DNA of 64,000 nucleotides from Rhynchobatus australiae (lineage: Eukaryota). Every line of letters begins with the position of its first letter. Within the stretch, counting starts at the first letter, position 1. Location of the stretch: NCBI GenBank assembly GCA_034780895.1, contig JAUZTB010000069.1, forward strand, positions 12,777,185 through 12,841,184, read 5' to 3'. The position numbers were made by a program, and so were the translations under genes. The notes under the pieces are model-generated. The model searched no databases, had not been told where the DNA came from, and saw only the letters and a program-made list of their open reading frames with translations. This document shows positions 1 to 14,261 of the stretch, one piece after another.

Positions 1-385
1 CAAACAAACTCTGGCCCATCTTTACATTAAGGAGGTGCCAATCAATACTGGGAAGTTGAAATCACCCATGACAACAACACTGTTATTTTTGCACCTTGCC
101 AAAATCTGCCTCCCAATCTGCTCCTCAGTGTCTCTGCTGCTACTGGGGGGTCTATAGAATACTCCCAATAGAGTGATCGTTCCCTTCCTGTTTCTGACAT
201 CCACCCAGGATCGTCCTCCCTTTCTACAGCTGTGATACTGTCCCCGATCAGCAAAGCCACTCCCCCACCTCTTTTACCTCTGTCCCTGTCCCTTTTGAAA
301 CATTTAAACCCCGGAATATCCAGCAGCTGTTCCTGCCCTTGTGACAGCCAAGTCTCTATAATGGCCACCATGTCATAGCTCCATG
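1..385 (-). mobile_element. CR1 LINE ORF2 APE-endonuclease fragment, internally deleted and frameshifted
   Basis: ORFs 42..371 and 22..204 give VAIIETWL, RGGGVALLI, GVFYRPP and VVVMGDFNFP, which are APE endonuclease motifs. Confidence 0.85.
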
Positions 386-604
386 TTTGCTCCTTTATTC
401 GCTGCTGTTAATTAGCCAATCAGCCAGTAACAATTTGCAAATGTGCCTCTTTTAGACTCTTGCAAAATGAACCTCATAAGCACAGTGACTCACCTCTTCA
501 CAAAGCTCCCGCTCCAAATCTCGCTCTAACTCCTGACTATGCAAGGCGAAAGTCATAAGCACGCGCACAGAGGCTCTTTCTACAATCTACAGGACACAAG
601 TCAA

Positions 605-1055
605 GAGTGCAATGAATGCAGCTCCATCAACGTCGGAACAGCTTATCAACAGCCAAGACGAAGTAGCCTGCTTGACTGGCACCCCATCCACCACCCTGAA
701 TATTCATTCCCTCCACCAGCATTGTTTACCACCAGCAAAATGTAACATCATTATTCGCACCGGCTGCTCCAACAACATCTCCCAAATCTATTACCTCTAC
801 CACCAAGGAGGACATGAGAAGATCACTTCCTGCAGCTTCCCCTTGAAGTTGCACTCCATCTGGTCTTGGAAATGTAATCACTGTTCCTTCATCACTGCTC
901 GGTCCGAATCCTGTGACTCCCTATGCGTTAGCATTGTAGGTGTACCTTCACAGGAAAGACAGCTCAAGGTGATGGTTCGGAACCATATTCTCAAGGGCAG
1001 GTAGGGATGGGCAGTCAACACCCGCCTTGCCTGTGACATCCACATGCTGAAAAAT
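605..1055 (+). mobile_element. Degenerate 3' end of a CR1/L2-clade LINE
   Basis: Resembles a common elasmobranch LINE tail (...ttctcaagggca..gggatgggca...gacatccacat). The same tail recurs near 12220 (-), 61190-61266 (-) and 62310-62400 (+). Confidence 0.6.
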
Positions 1056-3811
1056 GAACTGAGGTTAGAAGGAGAAGCATCGACAGGGACCGGGCTAGGA
1101 ATGCGACTACAGCACAAAGCAGGAAAACAGATGCACTTTGGATTCAATAACAGGACTTTTTGCCCTCTTTTCTCAACTTCCCTGGACCATTGCCTGACAG
1201 TGGGGATTGTCAAATGACCAGTTCAGAGCTATGTATCAACACACTCTGGATCACTTCATTGAATGAGACCTAATCTACTTTAATCACGTTGATAAATTAA
1301 TGCCATGACTTTAATTTCAGATCTCTTTCTGACTTTTATGTCCCAAAAGCTATTGTTCAACTGTGAAACTCTGCTTCGGTGCTCTAACGGTAGATATCAT
1401 TTCACCTTGTAAATGGAGTTGTAAACTTTAGTACTGGAGGCACTTTTCCATTTCAATTTGTGACAATTTTAAACAGTTATAAAAACTGCATTTGTGTTCA
1501 GTGCTGTGATTGGTTTGTCTGTTGTGCTTGTACAAGACAGACAGTGAACAATAAAATACAGAAGGAGAAAGGCAGTTATAGCAATATGTCAGTGTAGCAA
1601 TATAATGGGTCAGAGACTAAGAGAAGCATTTTTATCTTACTCAGAGAATTCAAATTTCTGGAAGTTAATTTGAATCCTTCAGACCATGTTGCGATTTCTA
1701 TCATATTACGTACTGTTTTACAGATGGTAGCAGGATGTTGCAAATAAAATTGTTATGTAATCCTTCTTAAGTAGTGTTTAAAAACACATAGACTGGCAAT
1801 AAAGCCATGGAAAAATAATTTTCTTTACAGACTCACTAGAGGCAGTTAATACTCCTAGCTCTGTTATTTAAAGAACATCACACAATTACACAATAATCTT
1901 CACNNNNNNNNNNNNNNNNNNNNNNNNNNNNNNNNNNNNNNNNNNNNNNNNNNNNNNNNNNNNNNNNNNNNNNNNNNNNNNNNNNNNNNNNNNNNNNNNN
2001 NNNTGATTCCATACTTTTTTCCTCAGAATTGAGTGATTCCATATTTTTTTCCCTGTGCTTGGTCAATAAAAGTAACATTCACTGACTTCCACAATGTTTT
2101 CTCTTCATTTCTTTGAGTGTTCCTGAAAGCCAACAAGTTGCACTTTGGAATGACCTTATTATTGTATCATGTTTTTGATCTGAGTTTGTTTTACAGAATG
2201 AAATGTCTGAATGAGTGCTCATCCAAGACTGGTGATTCCATATGTTTTGCCAGGGGTTGTATATATACATTTTATTTAAACACAATAACCAGTCTCTTCC
2301 TGCATATAGAAAGTTTACTTAAATTATTCTTTCCTCTTTACCAAACATTGAAAGAAGGATTCAGATTGTCCCTCGTTTTAATCTGACCTCAACTACTACT
2401 TAAAATGAAAATATACTGCTGCTCGATCAGTTTTCCTTGATTGCTCGATGTTCCGCTTGCTGTAGCTCAGAAAAACAAATCGTTTTGTACACTGTATCAC
2501 TGCGTTCCATTTAGCCCTCACTGTAGGAGGCCAGTCTGCAATGTCAGCCTCAGAGAATCTGAAGAAAGTCGACCCAGAAAGGAGTGAAGAGAAGAAATTG
2601 GAGGCAAATGGGCCGTGAACTAAACCATCATGTAGAGCTATCGATGCTGATAACATTTATTCAATCGCTTGATATTGTTGAGCTTGGCCTGAATGAAGTC
2701 TTTCAGGGTGCTGCATGAAGTTAAAGCAAGTAAATTTCTATCTTTTTCTGCATTAGCTGCCTCATTGCCCTTCAATCGGCCTCACAAAAGCAGAAAATGG
2801 TTATACCATCTGCTTTCAATTCTCTGTAGCCAAATGTTCTTGTTGCGCCACTGCACACATTCAGAACAGATTCCCCTCACCCACCAGCACCACTCCCCAC
2901 TATTAGCCTTCTGGGCATGCCTAGAGTTCCACTGCAAAGCAAATTGGTCAGATCAAAGAAGTTTGTATTAAAAAAAATCTTTAAAACTCTGATTCTTAAA
3001 GTAAATTACAACTGTGTTGATAAAAATATAAACAATTTAATTGTATGCCTTCATTCCAATAAATGTCACTAAACCACTAAATCTTGAAACGGACACTAGC
3101 AGCAAATACAGCAATTTCTCCAATTAAACAGTGGCACAATTGTGTCAATTTGTACTTAGCAGATATATATGATTAGCTATTAATTGTAATTCATTCAAAT
3201 ATGTAACCGTCAATGCATTTAATTTTAAAAAAGTCAACCCAACATTACTTTCAATTTTTGGGAAGTTCCTCAGGATGTGTTTTTCTACTTTTGGTCGTTG
3301 TGATGTTTTCAACCAGTAGTAAACCAGCAGCTTAGATCAGACCAAGATTTTAGTAAATTAAAAATACACTGAAACTATATAAAATTAGAATGCACAACTC
3401 CGAAATTTAAACAAATTTTTAATTGTTCTTGTAGGACAAATTTAAATGTCTTGCTGATCTCAAACTGAGACTAACAGGAACTGAGCCACAAGTGATTACA
3501 GTTTGCTCCACATTGAGATATAAACTAGGTGCAGTTTTGGTATAAAACACATCAACTTAGCAGCAAATTGTCCTGTACCCAATTTGTATAAGCAGTGGCA
3601 CCACTGCTAAACACCACTTATAGTGGGTGTTCCAATGAAATACAAATTAAGGGCTCAACTAGTGCCAGCACTTCAGAAACCAGTTTCCATTGCTTGGAGC
3701 AGCAGCAGTGATTATTCAAAAAGAAATTCTTGGCAGTTGACAATCAAAACTAAATTGTGAAAACTTTCAACTGAATTCACTGTGGAGCCATGATTATCCA
3801 CCATGTTATTT

Positions 3812-4172
3812 ATTGCAGTGGAGGCAGAAAGGGGTGGGGAGGGGAAGTTATGCTCGGTAGTGGGGTCAAATTAGAGATGGCGGAAAATGATGTGTTGGAT
3901 ACGTAGGCTGGTCGGATGAAATGTGAGGACGAGGGGGACCCTTTCCCTGTTGGGTCTGGGAGGGGTCGGGGTGAGAGCAGACGTGAGGGAAATGGCAGAG
4001 ATACGGGTGTGAGCTCTCTCGACCACAGTCGGGGGGAAGCCGTGGTTAGAAAAGAAGCTGGACATCTCGTTTGTCCTGGAGTGGGAAGCCTCCTCATGGG
4101 AGCAAGTGTGGCAGAGGCGGAGAAATTGAGGAAAAGGGATCGCGTCCTTGCAAGAGACTGGGTGGGAGGAGC
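3812..4172 (-). mobile_element. Penelope-like retroelement fragment (region between RT and GIY-YIG)
   Basis: ORF 3871..4065 (SSFFSNHGFPPTVVERA...RERVPLVLTFHPTSLRIQHIIFRHL) resembles elasmobranch PLE ORFs. Confidence 0.7.
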
Positions 4173-6954
4173 TGTACTCTTTGGGTTACTCTAGTTCCTC
4201 ATTCCGGGAGTTATCTGAGGTAGGTTGAAAGTGGTGAGCAGTCTGTGGAGCATCAGCTTGCGTCAAATATACTGACAAAGCCAGAAGGTCAACATTTTAT
4301 AACATTCAGGATGTCCCAACTATACAGTTCCATGTCTGAACACAAAGTCAATCCAACATCTACCCAGCTACCCAATAATTAATTGCTCAAAGGGTTGGCA
4401 GCTCCTGCTCCCACTTGACCGCAGATTTACAAAATCAAAATACAGCAGGTACTGGAAAACTGAAAACCAAAAAAATTCTACAAGTCCAGCTGTATCTGTC
4501 AAGAGAGAACGAGATACCATTTCAGACTCTCCATTAGAAATGTTCTGATTAAATGCCACTGAACTGAAACATTAACTGCTTTTCTCTCCACAGATGCTGC
4601 TTGACATTAAATAATGTGCAGTATATTCTGTTTCCTGGCCCTTGGTGAATGGACCCTTTCAAGTCATGTTCTTAATTGTTCTGTGGGAACTAGATTTTAA
4701 GTTGATTAACTACTCCATTGGTCCACGGGTGCCCTGATGGTCTCTGTCATAAAACATGGTCATGCAGGCATGTGAGACGGGTGGGAGTTGCATTTTGCCA
4801 TTTCACTTTTACCCAAAGAGCAGGAGGAATGTGCAACTCAGTTCCACAACCAACAGCAGAGGTGCACCTTGTGAGGGAATTAGATGAGCACATGACGAAA
4901 ATGGGGATAGAAAAATATGATGAAAGGCTTAGCTGGAGGGATGAGAGGTGACGACTGTGGATCATAAATATCACTGATAACACTGGGTAAAATGGTCAGT
5001 TTCTGTGCTGTGTTGTTTGTTACTCTGTGCTCACTTAAATGTGATACAAATAATTTACACCTCTTGATGTAATGATGCAAAATGGTCATCTTCTCTGTGA
5101 GGTAATACCTCAGACAGCAAATCTGCATTTTCAACAGAACAACCAAATTAGCTAACATCAAGATTGAGAAAAGTTTTCCCACCTCAGGTTTCTGGGCAGC
5201 TATTGTCACAGCAAGATCTAAGGCCCTCCACTGAAGAAGCTAGTTCAATTATACTGTCACTTTCCCCAGAAAGTTTTGACACCACTTTAGGACGACAGGT
5301 ACATCAATGTAGCTATTTGCCTTCAGTGATAATTGTCTGTAGACTACTTTGGGCATCATAGCTGATCCCAATCCAGTTNNNNNNNNNNNNNNNNNNNNNN
5401 NNNNNNNNNNNNNNNNNNNNNNNNNNNNNNNNNNNNNNNNNNNNNNNNNNNNNNNNNNNNNNNNNNNNNNNNNNNNNNCCAGCATAGTTCACCACGCACC
5501 AGTACCAAAGGCAGATATCAGAAGCATAAATGCTGGCTGATTTTTGGATCCTTGATGTACGCCAGAAATTCCAAAGCTAGCAGTAAATCTCTTCTGCTGC
5601 AAGATAATGAGGCATGGATGTGGGAACTTTTAGATTGAATTAACTTGGTTGTTTGTGTTGGGAAGGGTGAGGAGGGGGGTGCGGGGAGGTCTTCTTCTAT
5701 ACAGAAGGTTCAAAAAGTTATCAATTAAAGTGATAAGCAACAGAATTCTGGTCTAGGAATGCAATCATCTGCACATGGAGTTAAAGCAATTGAACTATAA
5801 TAAAAGCATTCGTAAATCCATTAGGGGCTTGATGCTTCCATTAAAACAGATGATAAAGGAATTCATGCACCACCATCACTGGGTGGAATTTCACAAGACT
5901 GCAGTCAGAATCCTTTCACATTGCATGCTCTTATATCAGCAAAAGTAAAATTGATGCCAACTTTTTAAATCAGATCCACAAAAGTAGCATGTCAATTGTC
6001 ACTAGCTAAGCAGGTAGGAAGTGAAAAAACATAGCTTTCTATAAAGATGGTGCAGTGGTTATTTAAGTAGTTACGTATAGGGAAATTCTCCCTACATTAG
6101 ACAGTATTGCACACTTGTTTGTTTCAAGGCAACAAAACCTCTTGAGGTTGGGATGACATTAAACCATTCAAGCTTCAGTCTTGCGCTTAGTACCATCAGC
6201 TCAACCCAAAGATACACTTACAGATTCTTTGCAGCAACATAAACACACCTTAAAGCATGCACTTTCCCGTTAATTTTTAAAGTGTTACCACATAGATCCA
6301 TGTGCTACCACACACAGATAGGGATGTAAAAACCTTTCCTTAAATGTTTAATAACCAGAAGTCAACACGTTACATCATTTGAGGACAGTTTTAACCTTGT
6401 AAATTTTTCAAGCAAAGTTTCATTACTGCAAAATACATTTCCCTCTAGATTATACAAAACCCATCAGCAGCTTACCCACCCGCTCTCTAATATAAATGAG
6501 TAAACATGATAGTAAAAACAGATAAAAGCCCGCAGTGTAGACATGAAAATGGCTAATGGCAGTGGAAAAGCTGGCCTATTGGATGCTACTGCTTCGAAAA
6601 TTGTATTAGTTCATGACCTTCGATCAAACAAGACCCTACATTTCACAATGAGAGAAACCACTGCTGCAAGCTGGCAACTTTGAAGCGCTCCTCTGTGAAT
6701 GTGGCTCATCTGTCTAATTGCTTCTTTATTGTTTGGATGTGACATTGTATTGTACAATGTCACACAGAATGTTTCCCTCCCCATTGATCTTAGCAGCAAT
6801 AAAAAGCTTTAAAACACAGATGATAATGCTACCAGGGCTTGGCCTTGCCATTTCACCCCCTACCCCCATGAAATTTCAAATTATGGGTCATACACATAAC
6901 ACTTTATAAGCTTAATGGCATATTTGAGAGTATTTCAAGGTCATGAAATATTAC

Positions 6955-6985
6955 CTTGGGGTTTTCCAAGATCCCAGACTCATAG
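6955..6985 (-). CDS. ASS1: ASS1 coding exon 7 ((S)YESGILENPK), 31 nt
   Basis: Matches SYEAGILENPK. CAG acceptor and GTAA donor. The phase fits the previous exon across a 298-nt intron. Confidence 0.94.
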
Positions 6986-7283
6986 CTGTGGGAAAACATA
7001 AAATCAAAGTAAACAGTAAGAATAAAATTTAACATGTAAGAGAATATATTATGATTGCAAATATTTGAAACAATTATTTACTTAGTAGTAGTTAAAACTA
7101 AAATATTAAAATTCTGAAAAGAACACAAAATACTGCAATACATGACTGTCGGCAATTGAAATGTAAACTTTTGCATTTTAGTTGGAGTTGAATCATCAGG
7201 CAACTCATGGCAAAAGATCCACACTCGAAATTGTATTTTCTCTTTCTAAAACTAGTTGTTTGGTTCCAACATTATTCACTCAC

Positions 7284-7354
7284 CTGATGTGCATGATGTT
7301 AGCATCCATACTCCAAGGGCTTTTGGGAGTGACAGGAATGGGAATGCCATGCTC
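7284..7354 (-). CDS. ASS1: ASS1 coding exon 6 ([24 protein letters not shown]), 71 nt
   Basis: Matches [24 protein letters not shown]. TAG acceptor, GTGAG donor, ends in phase 2. Confidence 0.96.
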
Positions 7355-10300
7355 CTATAATCCAAACAGAATTCAGGAAATCATAAGCTGGCATGTGTTA
7401 TGGAGCATGGCTCACAACCAAGTTTCTCACTGCCTTGAGTGGCAGAAATATTAAGTAACTGCTCATATTAAGAAACAGAAGTTCAAATTTGTCTTTAAAA
7501 AGCACATACAGTAAGTATTACAATATCTTTTAACCCCAAATCATTTATTGAATGGGGAGAATTAAAGGGCATCATTAGGTTTTATTCCAGTTTTTTTATT
7601 CAACATCATTTATCATCCTTGCTGTCACTCATTTTAGAGAGTAGTTGGTGTCTACAAGCCCAGACCTCAATTCATGATCCATACAAACCTACTTCATCCA
7701 ACTCATCACTTGCATTTGGCACCTTTCTCTCTTATAAACTTGGAACTTTGCCTGAATTGCAACTATATTGCGAATAAATTTTTCATTGCATTGTGCAGAA
7801 ACATAGTTGTGTATATGACAATAAACTCGACTTGACTTACTACTGTTGGCATCAGCTCCATCAGTTAAGTTGCAAATTGTAGCCAGATGCCAGAGTGAAG
7901 TTTCTACTGAATTTCTTATTGTAGAAATGCAGTGAGTTTGATATTTGCATAGGTTNNNNNNNNNNNNNNNNNNNNNNNNNNNNNNNNNNNNNNNNNNNNN
8001 NNNNNNNNNNNNNNNNNNNNNNNNNNNNNNNNNNNNNNNNNNNNNNNNNNNNNNNNNNNNNNNNNNNNNNNNNNNNNNNNNNNNNNNNNNNNNNNNNNNN
8101 NNNNNNNNNNNNNNNNNNNNNNNNNNNNNNNNNNNNNNNNNNNNNNNNNNNNNNNNNNNNNNNNNNNNNNNNNNNNNNNNNNNNNNNNNNNNNNNNNNNN
8201 NNNNNNNNNNNNNNNNNNNNNNNNNNNNNNNNNNNNNNNNNNNNNNNNNNNNNNNNNNNNNNNNNNNNNNNNNNNNNNNNNNNNNNNNNNNNNNNNNNNN
8301 NNNNNNNNNNNNNNNNNNNNNNNNNNNNNNNNNNNNNNNNNNNNNNNNNNNNNNNNNNNNNNNNNNNNNNNNNNNNNNNNNNNNNNNNNNNNNNNNNNNN
8401 NNNNNNNNNNNNNNNNNNNNNNNNNNNNNNNNNNNNNNNNNNNNNNNNNNNNNNNNNNNNNNNNNNNNNNNNNNNNNNNNNNNNNNNNNNNNNNNNNNNN
8501 NNNNNNNNNNNNNNNNNNNNNNNNNNNNNNNNGATGTACCAGAGAATCTATTCTTGGGTTTCAACACGATGTCCCAATCTCCCACAGTGGGACTCTTGCT
8601 TCAGATCACACACAATACACTGAAGCACAGATAACAAACATTATTAATTCATTACCCTAGGCACAATTATCTCTAATCAGCACTGCAAAACAGTACCCCT
8701 GGTGACCGGTGGCATCAGCTACTGAAACTCAGTCTTGCAGAAATGCCAGCAGCTACTGAGACAGTCAGAAAAAGCTGCAGAGTGGAATCTTTCACATGAA
8801 AACAAGCTCCAAAGATGAACAAAACTCAAACACTCCTCCAAAGATAAAGATACTATTCATTAGCCTGAAACAAAGCAAAAAAGTTACTTTTTCTCTGTAT
8901 TTTCAGAGTTAAACAACTCCATTTTAAAATAAAATTTATCAACATTGCCTCTTCGAAATACTCTAGAATTTAAAACTAAACTTTACTGCTCAAACACTTT
9001 GAGATGTAAATTGCTTTGAAAAGGAAAATCAAGTTTGAATTCCATATCCACTTAAAGCTGACATTTTTTTGAAAAATTTTAAATATTTCAACTTTAGGCC
9101 CCATGTCAAATTTTAAATTTCTGGATTTCAGTTTCAAGATTCCAAATTCCAGAGTGGGATTAAAATTCCATACTTGAGTTTTGAGTGAATCTAAATTTCA
9201 AATTTATCCAGATACTTATGATATCTGCCTCAAGCCAATAAGACATTCGAAATCAATTCACAGCTCAAGCTGCAGATCTTGATGGAATCTACAGCTATTT
9301 TGGGTAACGGTGAAAGTATCAGATTTAGCGACAAATATGAGAAGGTTCGAGGCAAGAATGGTCATTGAAGTTAACGTACTTGGCACTGTGGGAAAAATAC
9401 TATTGCTTAGAAATTTATTCCAAATCGATTATTAATGTAGTTGAACAAGTTTCAGAGGCAAAGCACAAGGCCCTAATGCAATTGATTAGCTTTATTGCCC
9501 TGGATGAATTTCTACCAACTATATTGTCCAAGCCTTCTGCATTACTGAGCAATGTTCTCACTGTCTGGGATGATGAGGGATCTGTATCTCCAATGAGTGA
9601 AAAATGAATCACCTCAAAACTACTGAAGGCTGCAACAGCCATGTTGACTAGCAGAAGGATGATATTTGCAACTGTTGACCTGCAGAATATTTCAGCTGTA
9701 CAAAATTAGCTGCTCTAGACTTTGTTCAAAGATGGGCCATCTAGTACACATCATGACTCTCCATGTTCCACTATCAATTCACCAGGAGTTTTGATTATTT
9801 TTGAGTTTAGGATGCCCATATTACTACAGGCAGAAATGTCACAGCAGCACAAGAAAGAAATAGACCAATCTTGGACAAACATAGCCTAAATAATAAGCTG
9901 CTCTCAGAGAGGAAAAAATTCTACCTTTAAGAGGTACTTTCACAGCAGAAAAGCGATCTCCTGCTCCTACACATGTACACTTTAAATTGAAAACACTCAT
10001 TTATTATCTCAGCTATGGGCACTTTTATATAGCATTTCAGTTCAGATCAGAGGAGAACGATGCCACTTCCTGCTCTCTGCATCCCGAAGTGGGATTTGCA
10101 CAACAATAAANNNNNNNNNNNNNNNNNNNNNNNNNNNNNNNNNNNNNNNNNNNNNNNNNNNNNNNNNNNNNNNNNNNNNNNNNNNNNNNNNNNNNNNNNN
10201 NNNNNNNNNNNNNNNNNNNNNNNNNNNNNNNNNNNNNNNNNNNNNNNNNNNNNNNNNNNNNNNNNNNNNNNNNNNNNNNNNNNNNNNNNNNNNNNNNNNN

Positions 10301-12219
10301 NNNNNNNNNNNNNNNNNNNNNNNNNNNNNNNNNNNNNNNNNNNNNNNNNNNNNNNNNNNNNNNNNNNNNNNNNNNNNNNNNNNNNNNNNNNNNNNNNNNN
10401 NNNNNNNNNNNNNNNNNNNNNNNNNNNNNNNNNNNNNNNNNNNNNNNNNNNNNNNNNNNNNNNNNNCAGGATCTAGTTTAATACCCCAATGTTGTTTTTT
10501 TTTGAAAAAAGGTCCTTTTGTTCTAGCTCATGCCTGTCCTCCTCAAGCAATTTGATGGACACAGTGGGCGTAAGGCTCATTTCTGAGGTGTACATGACTC
10601 AATAATTTACCCCAACTAGTTAATGCCAGCCTGTTACACTGCATCCAAAATGGGCATCAGGAGTTGTTCAAAAGCAGCCTGGTGGCTGTACTGTACCTAG
10701 TACACCTTTCACCCCGAAGATCTTTGCTGAAAATTACGAAAACTGGTAGCCCAGTAAAGGAAACACTGAAAGAGTAGATAACGACAAAGCAAGAACCAAA
10801 ATAAGAACAACTGCACTATTTTACAATGTCTCCAGATTCAGCAAAGAACCAAATTTCTCAGTAGCCCAGAAGAAGGTTCCTCAAAACAGAATCTGGGCAG
10901 GGTGGGGTAGGGAGAAGGAAATGAAAGGGGAACTCGAGCTGGATGGAATCTCAAGTGCCTTTGGCCTTGTCGTGGATGAAAACCCCGTGGTCAAACTTTC
11001 AGCAACAAAGAACAAGCAGGGTCAATATGAACTTTAGTAGATATAGGACGATATAATCTTTAATCCATTTCACAAATATTCTTTTGCCTTCCATTTCAAA
11101 GATCTCTCTTTTATATGAAACTCCTTTGTCTGCTATTTTAACAGAACGAGCTCGGGTCTTTGAAGAGCTGCCACAACAGCTTCCATGCATCACCTCTCAG
11201 TTTTATGTGTGGAGTTGGTTGGATGTCTGGTGCAGATAAATTTAACCTGGGATGTCCAAATGTAGGAGACTCATGAAATATGGATCTTCACTGGCAGAAC
11301 ACAGATTGGATGATTGGTTGGAAGATTCAATCGCAACAAAGTCGATGGTACCGCTAGCACCACAGGAACATAAGAGTGCCTTGTGATTCAAGCTTCAGTG
11401 GGTCTCCCGAGTTTGAAAGACTGTATAACTCACTTGCTGTTATGGGTCGTTTGCAGTCATGAACTCACTTCTATAATAAACTGCAGCTGTCAGTAATATC
11501 CTATAGATCTGTTCTAGAATAAACATGAAAAGATAAAGCCATTAATGGCTAATGAGTTGTTAATGAGTTGTAGTGAGACAAATGCAGTTGTGTATTATTG
11601 TTCTGCAACAATAAATGTTAATTAGCAGCCATTTACTTGGTGCTTTTACCTGGCCTGATTTCATCTCCTTCGCGCCCCCAGCCCTCCGCCTCCTCCTCCC
11701 CCAAGCAGTTTTGTATCAGCCCTGAGTGGTGTCAACAGGTTACCCACTGTTACAAAGTGTCTTCCTCATGTCACAAGAAGATGGAGCAATTGTTAATGCT
11801 TGAGCAACCAAGCCACTGAATGGTTCATTAGGTTTCAAGAGGTTGTTTTTTCATTGAATGCCTTTTAGCTTCAATGGGCTGTTATCATTAGCGCAGGGTG
11901 CAGCCCCAAAGAGGTGGTCTCAGATCCAGTATGGACACAGTCTGGGGCAAGACAGTTACTACTTACTTCCACCTTCTTTTGCTTATTTAAAATACCAGCC
12001 CCTATTTCTTGTGATATTTATTTTCTTTTGCTTTATAACAGGGAGGAGACTGTTGTGGCCTGACTATACACTGCATGGGCATTTAACATTTCAATAGGAA
12101 CAAAAATATAAATCAAAATTGAGAATAAGAAATGCCATGATCTTATAAATGGAAACAGAATTTATATTCCCAATTTAAATCAAATTTGGTTTCTACGATT
12201 TGTCTTTGGTTTTGTTCAC

Positions 12220-12480
12220 AGGGTGTGGATGTCGCTAGTAAAACTGCATTTATTATCCTGCACTAAGGAGGCAAAATCATGAATCATCCCTACTGGTGGG
12301 CTGGAGTTACATATGGGACATCCTGGCTGAAGGCAACAGATTATCTTCCCTGAAGGACAGAAATGAATCAGTCAGGTGTTTACAACAATCTGTGATTATT
12401 GCATTGAAAGTGGCTTTTAGTTTTGTCAAAAGTTAAATAAANNNNNNNNNNCTGGCTGTCATAGTGGGATTCTTACTCAC
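12220..12480 (-). mobile_element. Old SINE sharing the 3' tail of the LINE at 605-1055
   Basis: gtggatgtcgct...gcatttatt is the reverse complement of the LINE tail. The body resembles the plus-strand copy at 41340-41560. Confidence 0.45.
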
Positions 12481-13158
12481 TTCTCCAAACCTCTGGCTTT
12501 GATTCTGTAACTTTAACCACTATAAAAGTTACCATTGCCACTGTACTCCAGTATACACTTGAGTCTAATATATCATAGCCAAATGTATTGTGGTATTATG
12601 GAGAGACACTAAAGAAATGCAAATTCTACATTTGATTTTTTTTGCAAAGATGTGAGCATTTTGACAGTATTGGGGAAAAGTAAAACTTAAACTACTAACA
12701 TTTAGCAACTTCCTTGCATACTATTTGCCTAGTTCTGTAGAATATATTCATTATTGTATGGATTAAGTCAATATGTTGGACACACATTCTCCCTGGCACA
12801 GCAGATTAACATTTACAAATATGCTGTTTAATTCCAGTTTTCATAAATTTTGTTTGTTTTTAAATAATTTTTTTTCCTCTCATCATTCAAGTCAGTCCAT
12901 CCCTCCTTCTCCACTTCAACATATAGTTTGGGATTTTAAAATCTAACAGATTGGTTCAAACTTTGTTCATTTTTCATATGAATGCTTAAGGAAGTACAAT
13001 TATTTGGGTTGTTTACACAGGTCTACGATGTTGGGTATAGCGTCCTGTTCGTATGGATGCTTAGCTAATAGCAACTTATTGCGCAAGGGCCCATAGAACA
13101 TCTACAGGCAGTGCAAGTCTATCAAAGGGCTACGCAAGTTGTTCACTATACATAGAGC

Positions 13159-13668
13159 ACAGAACATAGAGAATAACAGCACAGTACAGGCCCTTCGGCC
13201 CACAATGTTGTGCCGACATTTTATCCTGCTCTAAGATCCATCTATCCCTTGCCTCCCACATTGCCCTCCATTTCTCTATCATTCATGTGTCTATCTAAGA
13301 GTCTCTTAAATATCCCTAATGTATCTGTCCCCACAACCTCTGCTGGTCCTGGGAAAAAGTCTCTGGCTGTCCACTCGATCTATGCCTCTTATCATCTTGT
13401 ACACCTCTATCAAGTCACCTCTCATCCTCCTTCGCTCTAAAGCAAAAAGCCTTAGCTCACTCAACCTGTCCTCATAAGACATGCTCTCTAATCCAGGAAG
13501 CACCCTGGCAAATCTCCTCTGCACCCTCTCTAAAGCTTCCACATCCTTCCAATAATGAGGCAACCAGAACTGAACACAATGCTCCAAATGTGGTCTGACC
13601 AGAGTTCTATAGAGCTGCAACATTACATCGTGGCTCTTGAACTCAATACCCCAATAAATGAAGGACTA
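13159..13668 (-). mobile_element. CR1 LINE 3' fragment
   Basis: ORF 13306..13623 gives [19 protein letters not shown]...LERVQRRF...RRRMRGDLIEVYKMIRG, followed by the CR1 3' UTR. It has an internal deletion relative to the copy at 62705. Confidence 0.9.
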
Positions 13669-14261
13669 ACTATTAACCTAGTAATTGAACAGCTAGTGGG
13701 ATTGGAATGATGGCACATGCTCCATTATCTGCAAGTTGTACAAAGTTGTCCTCCCTTTGGGCTGTGGAACTTTATCAATGGTCCTGTCTGCATGCTACAG
13801 TGTGGAGAAAACCTTTCCAAACACCAAGCAGTAGGTCCTTCAGGTTATTCTCACTTAATGTATTTCCAGACAACTGTGTAAAACAGAACTCCATCCACTA
13901 AAGGGAGAGACATCATGGAATCATGGATTTGGAAATTGTACCCTGCAGAGTCAAATATGAATCATTACATATTTGAAGGAAAGCAATGTTTCCAGTACTA
14001 ACCCTTGGGGAACTTCAATCCAGTCCAAAAGACAACCAGTGACTATGTCTCTCTGTTTCCTGTTATTTACCCAATATTCTATGCTTTCTGCTCCAGCCCT
14101 TTTTATTCCACATCTTTAACCATGCTGACAAGCCTATTCTGTGGCACCTTATCAAACATTTTTTACAAGTCTAAACATAATACATTAATTTCCATTCTCT
14201 CATTGACCTTCTCTGTTACTTCATCAAAAACTACAGTCATACTTTTAATAAATTCACACTT

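Noticed and set aside
1630-1740. Candidate for the next ASS1 exon (NQAPP...EFKKG)
   Set aside because: The translation and phase do not match. The exon is probably in a gap or outside the window.
3591-3631. Two adjacent short hairpins
   Set aside because: Stems of 8 bp or less are expected by chance in 64 kb, and there is no other support.
9365-9642. ORF with faint similarity to a hAT transposase (FSLIGDTD)
   Set aside because: The match is too short and there are no further motifs.
10968-11737. Possible solo LTR (TGTCGTGG...TCAACA)
   Set aside because: The flanks GCCT and GGTT do not form a TSD, so the boundaries are unsupported.
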